DNA of 64,000 nucleotides from Candidatus Gastranaerophilales bacterium (GCA_942491415.1 CALOAD010000008.1:29896-93895); one strand, 5' to 3'. Counted from the first letter of the stretch, positions 56,416 to 64,000 are shown. The notes: generated by a model not told the origin, from the letters alone. Made by a program: numbers and translations.

Positions 56416-57649
56416 AAAAAACTTTATAAATCATAAAGAACAGAGAAAATATTTACAATCAAACAATATTACAAATCCTGTTTTTGAAAAAGCGGTTCCT
56501 GATATACAAACAAAAAATATTGAATTGTATTTTATTGATCCTACAAAATATAAAAAACCTGTAAATTATTGTCGTACTGCTGCTGTTCAAGCTTTGATTA
56601 GAGAGATTGATAAGGCTAAAAATACTATAGATTTTTCAGTATTTGGTTTTTCTAATCAACCAGAATTGATTAAATCAATAAAAAAAGCTTCTTTGCGAGG
56701 AGTAAAAGTGAGATGGGTTACAGATGTTACTCCTTGGAATTTTAATTTTTATTCGGGAACAAAAGAAGCAATGAAGAAAATTCCTAATTATAAAACTGAT
56801 TTTAATACAGATAAAAAATTGCTTGAAAAGTTTCGAAAAAAAGGAATGAAAAGTTATAACGGGACTTTAATTCATAATAAATTTTTTATAATTGATAATA
56901 AGTTAGTTTGGACTGGTTCTACAAATATTAGTTCTTCTGGGACGGGAGGTTATAATGCCAATGTTTCAGCTCTTATTCGCTCTAAAAAAATAGCTAATAT
57001 TTATACAAAAGAGTTTAATCAAATGTTTATCGAAGAAAAATTTCATAGAGATAAGCAAAAGATCTTTACTAAAAATTTGATTTTAAAGGATGGTTCTATT
57101 ATTTCTATTTATTTTTCTCCTAATCCTTCAATTATTGATGAAGGTATAACTCCTGTTATAAGTAGTTCTAACTCTTTTATTTATATGCCAATGTTTTATC
57201 TTACAAATGAAAAAATCTTCGAAGCTTTAATTGGAGCTAAAAAAAGAAATGTAGATGTGAAAATTATAGTTGATGCTCATTATGCTAAAAGCCAACATTC
57301 AAAAGTTAAAAAGCTTAGAGATGCGGGAATAAAATTGAAAGTAGAAAATTGGGGCGGTAAAATGCATATGAAATCTATGATAACGGACAATGACTATATA
57401 GTAATAGGCTCCACCAATTTTACAAAAACAGGAATAACACAAAATGATGAAAATATGTTAATTATCAAAAACTCAAAATTAAATCAAAAGTTTAAATCTG
57501 AATTTTTAAAATATTGGAAAAGTATTCCTGATAAATGGCTATATAATAGTCCTTTGCCAGAAGGCAAAGACAGTATAAATTCTTGTAGCGATGGTATAGA
57601 TAATGACCACGATGGTTATTACGATAAAAAAGATTTTGATTGTTCTTAA
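55769..57649 (+). CDS. N4: exported SNase + double-HKD fusion with Cys-rich DGIDNDHDG tail
   Basis: 626 aa. HKD1 IHNKFFIIDNKLVWTGSTN. HKD2 MHMKSMITDNDYIVIGSTN. Tail NSCSDGIDNDHDGYYDKKDFDC. Confidence 0.88.
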   Translation: MKTLKFGFTIIILLFLLWLCVDHFRGYKVLKVIDGDTVYVDLNRNNKAEKEEKIRIKSIDTFETKYSYQLSKQSKVFGITQKQALGLGYLGKEFAKKKLLNKRVKVQIDGKGDFNRKLAHIYINGQNYEKLILKEGLASVYKRADDAEKYLQYENTNKIKQNAQKAKDLDLVILNLKNNKYHKPYCKYARNISRFELVEKKHLLQADAKQAGCCKKKNFINHKEQRKYLQSNNITNPVFEKAVPDIQTKNIELYFIDPTKYKKPVNYCRTAAVQALIREIDKAKNTIDFSVFGFSNQPELIKSIKKASLRGVKVRWVTDVTPWNFNFYSGTKEAMKKIPNYKTDFNTDKKLLEKFRKKGMKSYNGTLIHNKFFIIDNKLVWTGSTNISSSGTGGYNANVSALIRSKKIANIYTKEFNQMFIEEKFHRDKQKIFTKNLILKDGSIISIYFSPNPSIIDEGITPVISSSNSFIYMPMFYLTNEKIFEALIGAKKRNVDVKIIVDAHYAKSQHSKVKKLRDAGIKLKVENWGGKMHMKSMITDNDYIVIGSTNFTKTGITQNDENMLIIKNSKLNQKFKSEFLKYWKSIPDKWLYNSPLPEGKDSINSCSDGIDNDHDGYYDKKDFDCS

Positions 57650-58500
57650 GCAAAAGATCCAATTAAAAATTTAGTTGGTAATTTTATGATTTTCTTTTTA
57701 TTTAATTCATATTTTTCTTTAATTGCTTTTATATTCTGAGGTTTAATAAGCTCCCTTAATGAAAAACCCTCTGCCCAGGTATAATTTTCCTTGCAGCAAT
57801 TTTCTTCGTAGTACATAGCTTTTTCATAAAGATCAGGATGGTTTTCAAATAGTTTAATCCATTCAATTTTCTTTTGATAAAAACAAAAATAGCAACCGGT
57901 TCGACTTCTCCATTTATAATAATCAGGATAATTTATACCATTTTTAATTAAAATTTTCTCAACATCTGCTAAATCTACACCATTATCAACAAAAGGATAT
58001 TGAGCCTTGATAAATTGTTTTTCCAATTCTGTTTTAGAGGAAAATCCTCTATCAGCTTCATCTGCCCTAATTCCAATATACAAATTTATAATACCTTCGC
58101 CTTCTTTTTCAAGTTTTTCTTTAATAAAATTCTGAGAAGTTTTGATTTTAAACTCATATGTACACCAACGTTGCTTTGCAGATGGTATCATTTTGTATTG
58201 TTCATATCTTTCATCAAAACTTTTAGGGGGTAAAAGCCGTAAAACAGGCTTATTCAAAAAAACTTCTATTTTATTGAGATAATCATAAGTTTCAGGTATT
58301 TCTAAGCCGGTATCATAGAATACATATTCTATCTGTTCGTGGATATTGGGCATATTTTCTTTTATGTAAAAAGCCAATGCTGTAGAGTCCTTACCTCCTG
58401 ATAGGCTTAGTATGTGATATTCTTTGGGTTTATAATCGCCCCTTTGGGGCTCCTTGCCTCCTGATGGGCTTAGTATATGATATTCCTTTTCTTGTTCCAT
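57646..58500 (-). CDS. P4: PAPS-reductase-family PP-loop enzyme with a duplicated 5' segment
   Basis: 284 aa. MEQEKEYHILSPSGGKE...KPKEYHILSLSGGKDS, a 63-bp in-frame repeat of the PP-loop-coding segment. TTAA stop overlap with N4 (57646-57649). Confidence 0.85.
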   Translation of the reverse strand: MEQEKEYHILSPSGGKEPQRGDYKPKEYHILSLSGGKDSTALAFYIKENMPNIHEQIEYVFYDTGLEIPETYDYLNKIEVFLNKPVLRLLPPKSFDERYEQYKMIPSAKQRWCTYEFKIKTSQNFIKEKLEKEGEGIINLYIGIRADEADRGFSSKTELEKQFIKAQYPFVDNGVDLADVEKILIKNGINYPDYYKWRSRTGCYFCFYQKKIEWIKLFENHPDLYEKAMYYEENCCKENYTWAEGFSLRELIKPQNIKAIKEKYELNKKKIIKLPTKFLIGSFA

Positions 58501-58532
58501 GTAAAACCAACTTTCCCAATGATTTTATAAAT

Positions 58533-58548
58533 ATAAACAACTGTTTAC
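58533..58548. promoter_or_regulatory. Candidate operator aTAAAC-aact-GTTTAc upstream of P4
   Basis: Same site as at 49734. GTAAAC-cctt at 58579-58588, as in the island site at 15251. Confidence 0.5.
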
Positions 58549-58778
58549 TTTTATCAGGATAGCATATTTTTTTGTTTTGTAAACCCTTTTAGACTTTTAA
58601 TCTTACATATTTAATAAAAAACAGGTTTAATCTGCTATCGGGTAGTCTTGTTGTTTAGATATAAAATCACTCTGATAATCGCAAGGTTTATTCCCTAGCG
58701 CAATGAAAAGATCTCTAAAAATTGGTTATATAAAATTAGTGATTATTCATTCTTATTAACCGTCTGTTTTTCAGCTGT

Positions 58779-58811
58779 AGATCGGATTTTAATATCCGAT
58801 CTTATTTTTTT
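58779..58811 (+). terminator. Hairpin + T-run at the right edge of the array
   Basis: agatcggat-tttaat-atccgatct followed by tattttttt on the plus strand. Also lies just past the stop of the minus-strand TPR gene, so the strand assignment is uncertain. Confidence 0.5.
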
Positions 58812-59355
58812 ATTCAATTTCGTTCAAAATTCTATTAACAGAACTTGTGAGAATAATATCAGGTTCCAGAAAACAAAATTGTTTTAAATATTCTTTTGCT
58901 TTTTTATTTTCACCAAAGTCTTTATATATCAAACCACACAGAAGCCAAGAAGCAGAATTATTGGGATTTTCTTTTCTTATATTTTCTTGTTTTTCTAAAA
59001 AAGCATTTATTTTACCGGATCTTTTAATTGCTTTAAGAATGTTCAAATAATAACTTATAAAATTAGGATTTATTTTTGCTGCATTTTCAAAAGAGTCAAT
59101 AGCCCACTCATATTCATCTATTTTCATATAAACAAGACCGAGATTATTATAAAAACTTGCCGTAACGCTACTATTAGGGTTTAAAAGTATCGCTGTTTTG
59201 AATTCTGTTATGGCTGCTTTATAATAACCGTTTCTAAAGTGCATTACTCCTTTTTCACTGTGTTCAACAGCATTTTGGGTAATATCAAAATTACTACTAC
59301 CCTGAAAAAGAAGCAAAAAAGTTATTATTATTAAGGATTTAAAGGTTTTTTGCAT
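58810..59355 (-). CDS. TPR-repeat exported protein
   Basis: 181 aa with a signal-like N-terminus and TPR signatures (AI..F..AI.LNP). Confidence 0.78.
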   Translation of the reverse strand: MQKTFKSLIIITFLLLFQGSSNFDITQNAVEHSEKGVMHFRNGYYKAAITEFKTAILLNPNSSVTASFYNNLGLVYMKIDEYEWAIDSFENAAKINPNFISYYLNILKAIKRSGKINAFLEKQENIRKENPNNSASWLLCGLIYKDFGENKKAKEYLKQFCFLEPDIILTSSVNRILNEIE

Positions 59356-59356
59356 A

Positions 59357-60301
59357 TTATAATAAATCTATTTCAAGACCTTCTTTTGCCACAAATAAAC
59401 TTGGGAATTTGTTTTTTGCAGACTCTTCCATTTTTTTAACAAAATCATCGTTGTAGGTGGGGTCTATATGGAATAAAGCAAGTTTTTTTGCATTACAATG
59501 CTTTGCAATTTCGATAGCCATTTCAGGAGTACTATGACCGTAACCTTGTTTTGGTACAATCGGTGATAAGTAATCATCTTGAGTATATTGAGAATCATGA
59601 ATCAAAAGATCCGTGTTTCTTGCAAAGGCTGACAGTTTTCTATCTACACCAACATAACTTTCTTTATCACTTGCATATACTAAAGACCTGTTTTTCCATT
59701 CTATTCGATAGGCATAAACACCATCTTTAGGATGCGCATAGCATTTTACACATTTTATAACTACAGTATCATCATCTAAATTCAAATCATCTTCGGTTCC
59801 TGTTTTTAGAATTTTAGGAGGTCGATTTTTTTCAAGTAAAATAACATCATTTTCGCTTACATCAAAAAAGTTCATATCAGCTGAAGTTTCATGCAGTTCC
59901 AAAGGAAAAAACGGTAAAAATAAGTGTTCAGAAAGGTGATCTTTTAAGGAGATGCCTTTAGTTGTCGGTCCAAATAAATTTACGTTCGTTGTTTTTAAAA
60001 AAGCAGGTTTAAAAAACGGTAAACCTTGAATATGGTCTAAATGAGTATGGCTTAAGAGTAAATTGGCATTTATAGGATTTCTTGTTTCGTCACTTATACC
60101 ACTGGCAAGGTAAGATTTCATAAGATCATTACCAAGGTCAATTATTCCGGTTCCTGAATCGATTATTATTAAATGTCCGTTTACATTCACTTCTATACAA
60201 GAGGTGTTGCCTCCGTATTCTAAAGTATTTTGAGAAGGAGTAGGATGACTACCTCTTATTCCTCGAAATTTTATATTAAATGATTTATCTTTTTTCGACA
60301 T
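59357..60301 (-). CDS. MBL-fold metallo-hydrolase
   Basis: 314 aa with LLSHTHLDHIQG (H-x-H-x-D-H) and downstream His/Asp ligands. Confidence 0.85.
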   Translation of the reverse strand: MSKKDKSFNIKFRGIRGSHPTPSQNTLEYGGNTSCIEVNVNGHLIIIDSGTGIIDLGNDLMKSYLASGISDETRNPINANLLLSHTHLDHIQGLPFFKPAFLKTTNVNLFGPTTKGISLKDHLSEHLFLPFFPLELHETSADMNFFDVSENDVILLEKNRPPKILKTGTEDDLNLDDDTVVIKCVKCYAHPKDGVYAYRIEWKNRSLVYASDKESYVGVDRKLSAFARNTDLLIHDSQYTQDDYLSPIVPKQGYGHSTPEMAIEIAKHCNAKKLALFHIDPTYNDDFVKKMEESAKNKFPSLFVAKEGLEIDLL

Positions 60302-60791
60302 AATATTTTTATCTCTTTATTTTTTACATTGATATATATTTTAGATCATAAGAAATAAATCGCCAAGTAAAATTTTAAAAAGCTGTCTTATGACAGCTTT
60401 TCGTTAATTCAAATTCTCTTGAAAAGATTTAATAGATTGTTCTTCTAGAGTTTTATGTTCTTTAAATTTTCTTATTGTATCCAACACTAATTGTGAATCA
60501 TTTTCGTTCAATAATTTTTCCAGTGAATTCATAGATGTTTCTAAATCACCTGAAATAGTAGTAAAAATACTCAAACCTTATTCCCCTATAAACTTTTAAT
60601 CAATTTTAGTTTATAAAATATTTCTTTTAATATCATCCTCTATTTTTAGTAAATGTAAAACCTTACAAATAAAAATAAAATCAATCTAAAGTCTTTTGCT
60701 GTGTGATAATTTTAATTAATGACTCTTTTAGAAAATTTAAAAGTATGTATACAAATACAGAATATTATAGAAATATTGGCATGTTTTTTCT

Positions 60792-62183
60792 ATGATATTA
60801 AAAAGGCATCTTATATGGAGAAATACTTTGGGTAAGTCAAAATCAAAATCAAAATCAAAATTAACTTTTTATATTTTCCTGGCTCTTATATTAGGTATAA
60901 TCGCCGGTTGTATTATAAATAACGTGGATCCTAATCACGCAAACATTTTAAAACCAATAGCTGATGGATTTTTAAGAATGATCAAAATGATCATAGCTCC
61001 ACTGTTATTTGCAACACTAGTCGTAGGCATAGCAGGACATGGTGATGCCAAAGGTCTTGGTAAGCTTGGCTTAAAAACTATTGTTTATTTTGAAATAGTA
61101 ACTACAATAGCTCTTGCAATAGGTCTATTTGCGGGTAATTTACTGCAACCCGGTTGTGGTATTGACATTCAGGCTACTACCGAGCAGCTGACTCAGTTAG
61201 AGACTATGAAGAATGTTCAACACGGTGGAATACTTGCCGGTTTAATTGAACATATGATTCCTACCAGTATCGTCAAAGCAATGGCGGAAGGAGAAATCCT
61301 TCAATTGGTTTTCTTTGCCGTGTTTTTTGCTATAGCGCTGGGGAAAATTGGGAAAAAAGGTGAGCCTATATTAAACTTTTTAAGGTCCCTTGCTGATATA
61401 ATGTTTAAATTTACGGAATATGTTATGAACTTTGCACCTTTGGGTGTTTTTGCTGCTATAGCTCATACAATAGGTCATAATGGTCCATCTGTACTTATGG
61501 GCTACGGAAAGCTGATTTTAACTTTATATGGATCTTTAATAATATTTGTAGTTTTTGTGCTTTTAGTCGCTTGCATGATTGTGAAAATTCCATTTATGGC
61601 ATTGCTTAATGCAATTAAAGAACCTGCTACAATTGCTTTTTCAACAGCGAGTAGTGAGGCTGCTTTGCCAAAAGCTATGGAAATAATGGAAAACTTTGGT
61701 GTTCCAAAAAATATTGTTGGATTTGTGATGCCGACAGGGTATACCTTTAATCTTGACGGTAGCACTTTATACTTGTCCTTAGCGGCTCTTTTTGTAACTC
61801 AAATGGCGGGTATCGAATTGGGACTAAGTCAACAAATAATGATAATGTTAGCTTTAATGCTCACAAGTAAAGGTATTGCTGCAATACCAAGAGTTTCTTT
61901 GGTAGTTTTGACTGCGACTTTGGCAAGTTTCAACCTGCCTGTTGCAGGCATTGCAGTGTTATTGGGTATTGATCAAATCCTTGATATGGGAAGAACAACG
62001 GTTAATCTCATTGGTAATTGCGTTGCGACTACAGTGGTGGCTCGATGGGAAAATGTTTTTGACTATGAAAAAATGCAAAGGTTTATTTCAGAATCAGACG
62101 AAGAAATTCCTGTTCTTGAAGCTGTTAGCGTTATAAAAGAATCTATACAAGAAACTGATAATGAAGCAGTATTAAAAAGTTAG
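60792..62183 (+). CDS. Dicarboxylate/amino acid:cation symporter (DAACS family)
   Basis: 463 aa polytopic protein with family-typical segments AFSTASSEAALP and GRTTVNLIGN. The exact start is uncertain. Confidence 0.9.
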   Translation: MILKRHLIWRNTLGKSKSKSKSKLTFYIFLALILGIIAGCIINNVDPNHANILKPIADGFLRMIKMIIAPLLFATLVVGIAGHGDAKGLGKLGLKTIVYFEIVTTIALAIGLFAGNLLQPGCGIDIQATTEQLTQLETMKNVQHGGILAGLIEHMIPTSIVKAMAEGEILQLVFFAVFFAIALGKIGKKGEPILNFLRSLADIMFKFTEYVMNFAPLGVFAAIAHTIGHNGPSVLMGYGKLILTLYGSLIIFVVFVLLVACMIVKIPFMALLNAIKEPATIAFSTASSEAALPKAMEIMENFGVPKNIVGFVMPTGYTFNLDGSTLYLSLAALFVTQMAGIELGLSQQIMIMLALMLTSKGIAAIPRVSLVVLTATLASFNLPVAGIAVLLGIDQILDMGRTTVNLIGNCVATTVVARWENVFDYEKMQRFISESDEEIPVLEAVSVIKESIQETDNEAVLKS

Positions 62184-63226
62184 GATAAACTTTCCAGTAC
62201 TGTCCAACTTGGCGCCTTTGATTTTAAATAATCTTCGCAATATTTGATTGGGTAAATCATCCTGTCGAAACGAGAAGCAGGAAATGCGATCGGGTTTGTT
62301 TCAAGCAAAATCCAATTACTTATTTGATCTGCCATTTTGAGCATTTTCTCATTTGCGGCAACTTCAACTCTTATAATTCCAAAATCACGTTTCCCTTTTG
62401 AGTCAGAGGTATGTAATCTTAAATACCAACTAAGGACATTTTCTTCTTTTCCGTTTTTATTCACAGGTCTGAAAATACTTGTTCTCTCGCCTTTTTTTAG
62501 CTCATATATTTTATATTGTTCATTTGGCGAAAAATACTGAACGTGATGCGATTTTATTACACCAACAATATTATTAGCATTGATTAGATCGTTATTTTTG
62601 TTTTCAAGCCTACCGTCCAAAAACAACCAACCGTCTTCGAAAGATTTTTCTACCCATAATTTTGCGAGACCTCGCTCCAGTCTTCCTCTGGTTTCTTGAA
62701 TATCACTTCTTGCAATATTCTCAAGATCAAGAGGATAAAGCGGATATTCGCCTGTTTTTTTATCTTTTTCTCCTATATTTTTGGGCTTAAAATCAAAATC
62801 CTTAAAATCTTTATAATCCATATAAAATTCAGGTGATGATTCTTGAACTTTTATAGGTGCATATAAATTTTCAACAAAATCTTCAATACCAACCGAATGC
62901 ATTTTTTTCTCGGTTCGTTTCATGATTACAGCAGATACATAACCATAGGTCACTGGAAGATAATTGTAGTTGAATAAAATTCTTTTTCGTTCTATTCCAT
63001 CTAAAAAATAACTAAAGCGTGAGATTTCTTCTGTAAGGGGTACCTTTTTTGTTTCTAAAAATTGTGAATTCCCTTCCACAATATTAGCTTTTAAATATTT
63101 TAAATCTTGATCCTTGTAATTTTGCTGAAAATACTCATTTTCAGTTTCGGATTTTATTATTTGAATATTTTTGCCTTTTTGCTTTAAGTTTTTTGCTAAC
63201 TTTATTGAATTTTTAAAAACGAGCAT
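62180..63226 (-). CDS. Hypothetical protein, possibly a NurA-like nuclease domain
   Basis: 348 aa. FLDGIERK, WLFLDGRL and VGVIKSHH loosely resemble the NurA motifs (DGS, DG-x-L, G-x-x-K-S/T). SD GGAG lies 8 nt upstream of the ATG. Confidence 0.6.
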   Translation of the reverse strand: MLVFKNSIKLAKNLKQKGKNIQIIKSETENEYFQQNYKDQDLKYLKANIVEGNSQFLETKKVPLTEEISRFSYFLDGIERKRILFNYNYLPVTYGYVSAVIMKRTEKKMHSVGIEDFVENLYAPIKVQESSPEFYMDYKDFKDFDFKPKNIGEKDKKTGEYPLYPLDLENIARSDIQETRGRLERGLAKLWVEKSFEDGWLFLDGRLENKNNDLINANNIVGVIKSHHVQYFSPNEQYKIYELKKGERTSIFRPVNKNGKEENVLSWYLRLHTSDSKGKRDFGIIRVEVAANEKMLKMADQISNWILLETNPIAFPASRFDRMIYPIKYCEDYLKSKAPSWTVLESLS

Positions 63227-63244
63227 TTAAATTCTCCGTTTAAA

Positions 63245-63287
63245 AGATTTTTTTACAAAAAATAAAGCCGTCCTTTTTAGGGCGGCT
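63245..63287 (-). terminator. Intrinsic terminator-like hairpin immediately upstream of the 62180..63226 CDS
   Basis: The minus strand reads AGCCGCCC-TAAAAA-GGACGGCT followed by TTATTTTTT. Located about 20-60 nt before the start codon. Confidence 0.55.
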
Positions 63288-63864
63288 ACTAGACTTGGGG
63301 AGGAGGTTGGGGTATGACCTTTCGGTCTTACATATAAGTTATCGGTCATTTTAAAAATTACTTTAGACTTTTTTGCGACTTCTTTACAAATCTACATCAT
63401 TTAATGTAGAAGCTAATAATTTTTTTCCAGAATTCAAGCCTTTCTGCTTTTTAAAAGATTTGATATATAAGAATTTAAACTCATTTGCTAAACAAGAGGG
63501 AAACTATGGTTATTTGTAGACTTCACCTTTTTGTTATCTACCAAAATGGATAATCGGGCTAGTTTGTTTCACTAGTAAAGCAGGGTAAGTTTAAAAAATT
63601 TTTTGGGTACTCAAAAAACAACAAGACTATACAGGCAGGTGATATGAATATTTTTCTTAAATCCTATAATTTTCATATCAACTAAAGAAAAAAAGGTTGA
63701 AAAGCTTTGTATAAAGCACCGTAGTTAAATCTATACATGATCTTGAGGAATGGAAATGAAAACAATTTATTCAACAGCAAAAGAACACCTACATTTATTA
63801 ATGCCTATAACATCTTTAACTATAATACATTCAGCATTAATGTTTTATTTGATTCAAGTATTTT

Positions 63865-63906
63865 AAAAAAAAACTCCCTCCAAATTTGTTTGAGAGGGAG
63901 TTTTTT
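63865..63906. terminator. Bidirectional intrinsic terminator
   Basis: aaaaaaaaactccctc ... gagggagtttttt, directly after the stop of the partial minus-strand CDS at the window end. Confidence 0.7.
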
Positions 63907-64000
63907 ATAATCTTGCAATTATAATTCTGTCTATGTCGTTAAAATCTTTAACTATTTCGATATCTTTGAATCCTTCTTTTTCAAAAAAGTCTTTAACTAT
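63905..64000 (-). CDS. C-terminal end of a gene entering from the right (methyltransferase-like tail, PrmC/HemK-like; tentative)
   Basis: Own translation: IVKDFFEKEGFKDIEIVKDFNDIDRIIIARL-stop. The ...KD..G/N.DR...A ending is typical of HemK-family methyltransferases. Only 31 aa are visible. Confidence 0.4.
   Translation of the reverse strand: MVKDFFEKEGFKDIEIVKDFNDIDRIIIARL

Larger units (their letters stand above)
47127..58585. other. Four-unit tandem array of convergent SNase-PLD (N) / PAPS-reductase-family (P) gene pairs
   Basis: Unit periods N-start to N-start are 2792, 2887 and 2933 bp. Repeated upstream sequence begins at 47127. The last repeated intergenic sequence ends at about 58585. 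Confidence 0.9.

Noticed and set aside
47157-57649. Reading the N/P pairs as a classical cytoplasmic modification-restriction pair (Dnd/Ssp-like).
   Set aside because: This is only partly rejected. All N copies start with a Lys-flanked hydrophobic anchor, and three end in a disulfide/Ca-type Cys-rich tail, which argues for extracytoplasmic location. No DndA/B/D/E, SspA-C or cysteine desulfurase genes are nearby. It is kept only as a hypothesis to test.
47127-58585. Possibility that the regular ~2.9 kb periodicity reflects a CRISPR array, an integron cassette array or a transposon multimer.
   Set aside because: The units are full-length protein-coding gene pairs. There are no short repeat-spacer structures, no attC-like imperfect inverted repeats at cassette borders, no intI, no transposase and no terminal inverted repeats.
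63297-63337. Strong AGGAGG + 7 nt + ATG on the plus strand (mini-ORF MTFRSYI, 63314..63337), and a G-rich tract as a possible G-quadruplex.
   Set aside because: The ORF has only 7 codons with no downstream plus-strand gene to regulate. The tract has only two G4 runs plus short G2 runs. It is more plausibly the complement of an anti-SD element in a minus-strand leader (see the finding on 63227-63865).

Overview
This is a low-GC (about 30% by eye, not computed), gene-dense bacterial chromosomal segment. Most genes are housekeeping genes on the minus strand: dut, pnp, murQ, rnhB, rbgA, rplS, gpsA, plsY, der, rsmI, tcdA, a DnaJ-like gene, trmFO, lepB and dgt-dnaG-rpoD. A TamB/AsmA-like gene and a pilin-like gene suggest a diderm. 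The taxon cannot be determined from the sequence alone. Three tRNAs are present: an Ile-GAT/Ala-TGC pair that is not inside an rRNA operon, and Leu-TAG. I found no rRNA, CRISPR array, integrase or intact transposase.

Two accessory regions stand out.

(1) Region 47.1-58.6 kb holds four tandem copies of a convergent gene pair. One gene encodes an apparently exported staphylococcal-nuclease + double-HKD (PLD/Nuc-like) fusion protein. The other encodes a PAPS-reductase-family PP-loop enzyme. Conservation is mosaic. About 1.07 kb around each divergent promoter (both 5' gene ends plus the spacer) is near-identical between units, while the facing 3' halves have diverged. Three pairs overlap by exactly the palindrome TTAA (stop over stop). 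One nuclease copy is frameshifted in a poly-A run. I do not recognise this pairing or its architecture as a described system.

(2) Region 6.8-15.3 kb is an island next to tRNA-Ala. It carries a class II Fic protein, a SEC-C/PD-(D/E)xK-like protein, and a short protein joining a phage MuF C-terminal motif to a clear serum-amyloid-A-like domain. It also carries a decayed 5' remnant of the same PAPS-reductase gene family. In addition it has GTAAAC-N4-GTTTAC palindromes with the same 46-bp site spacing as those upstream of every PAPS-reductase copy in the array. These features link the two regions by shared ancestry and a shared operator layout.
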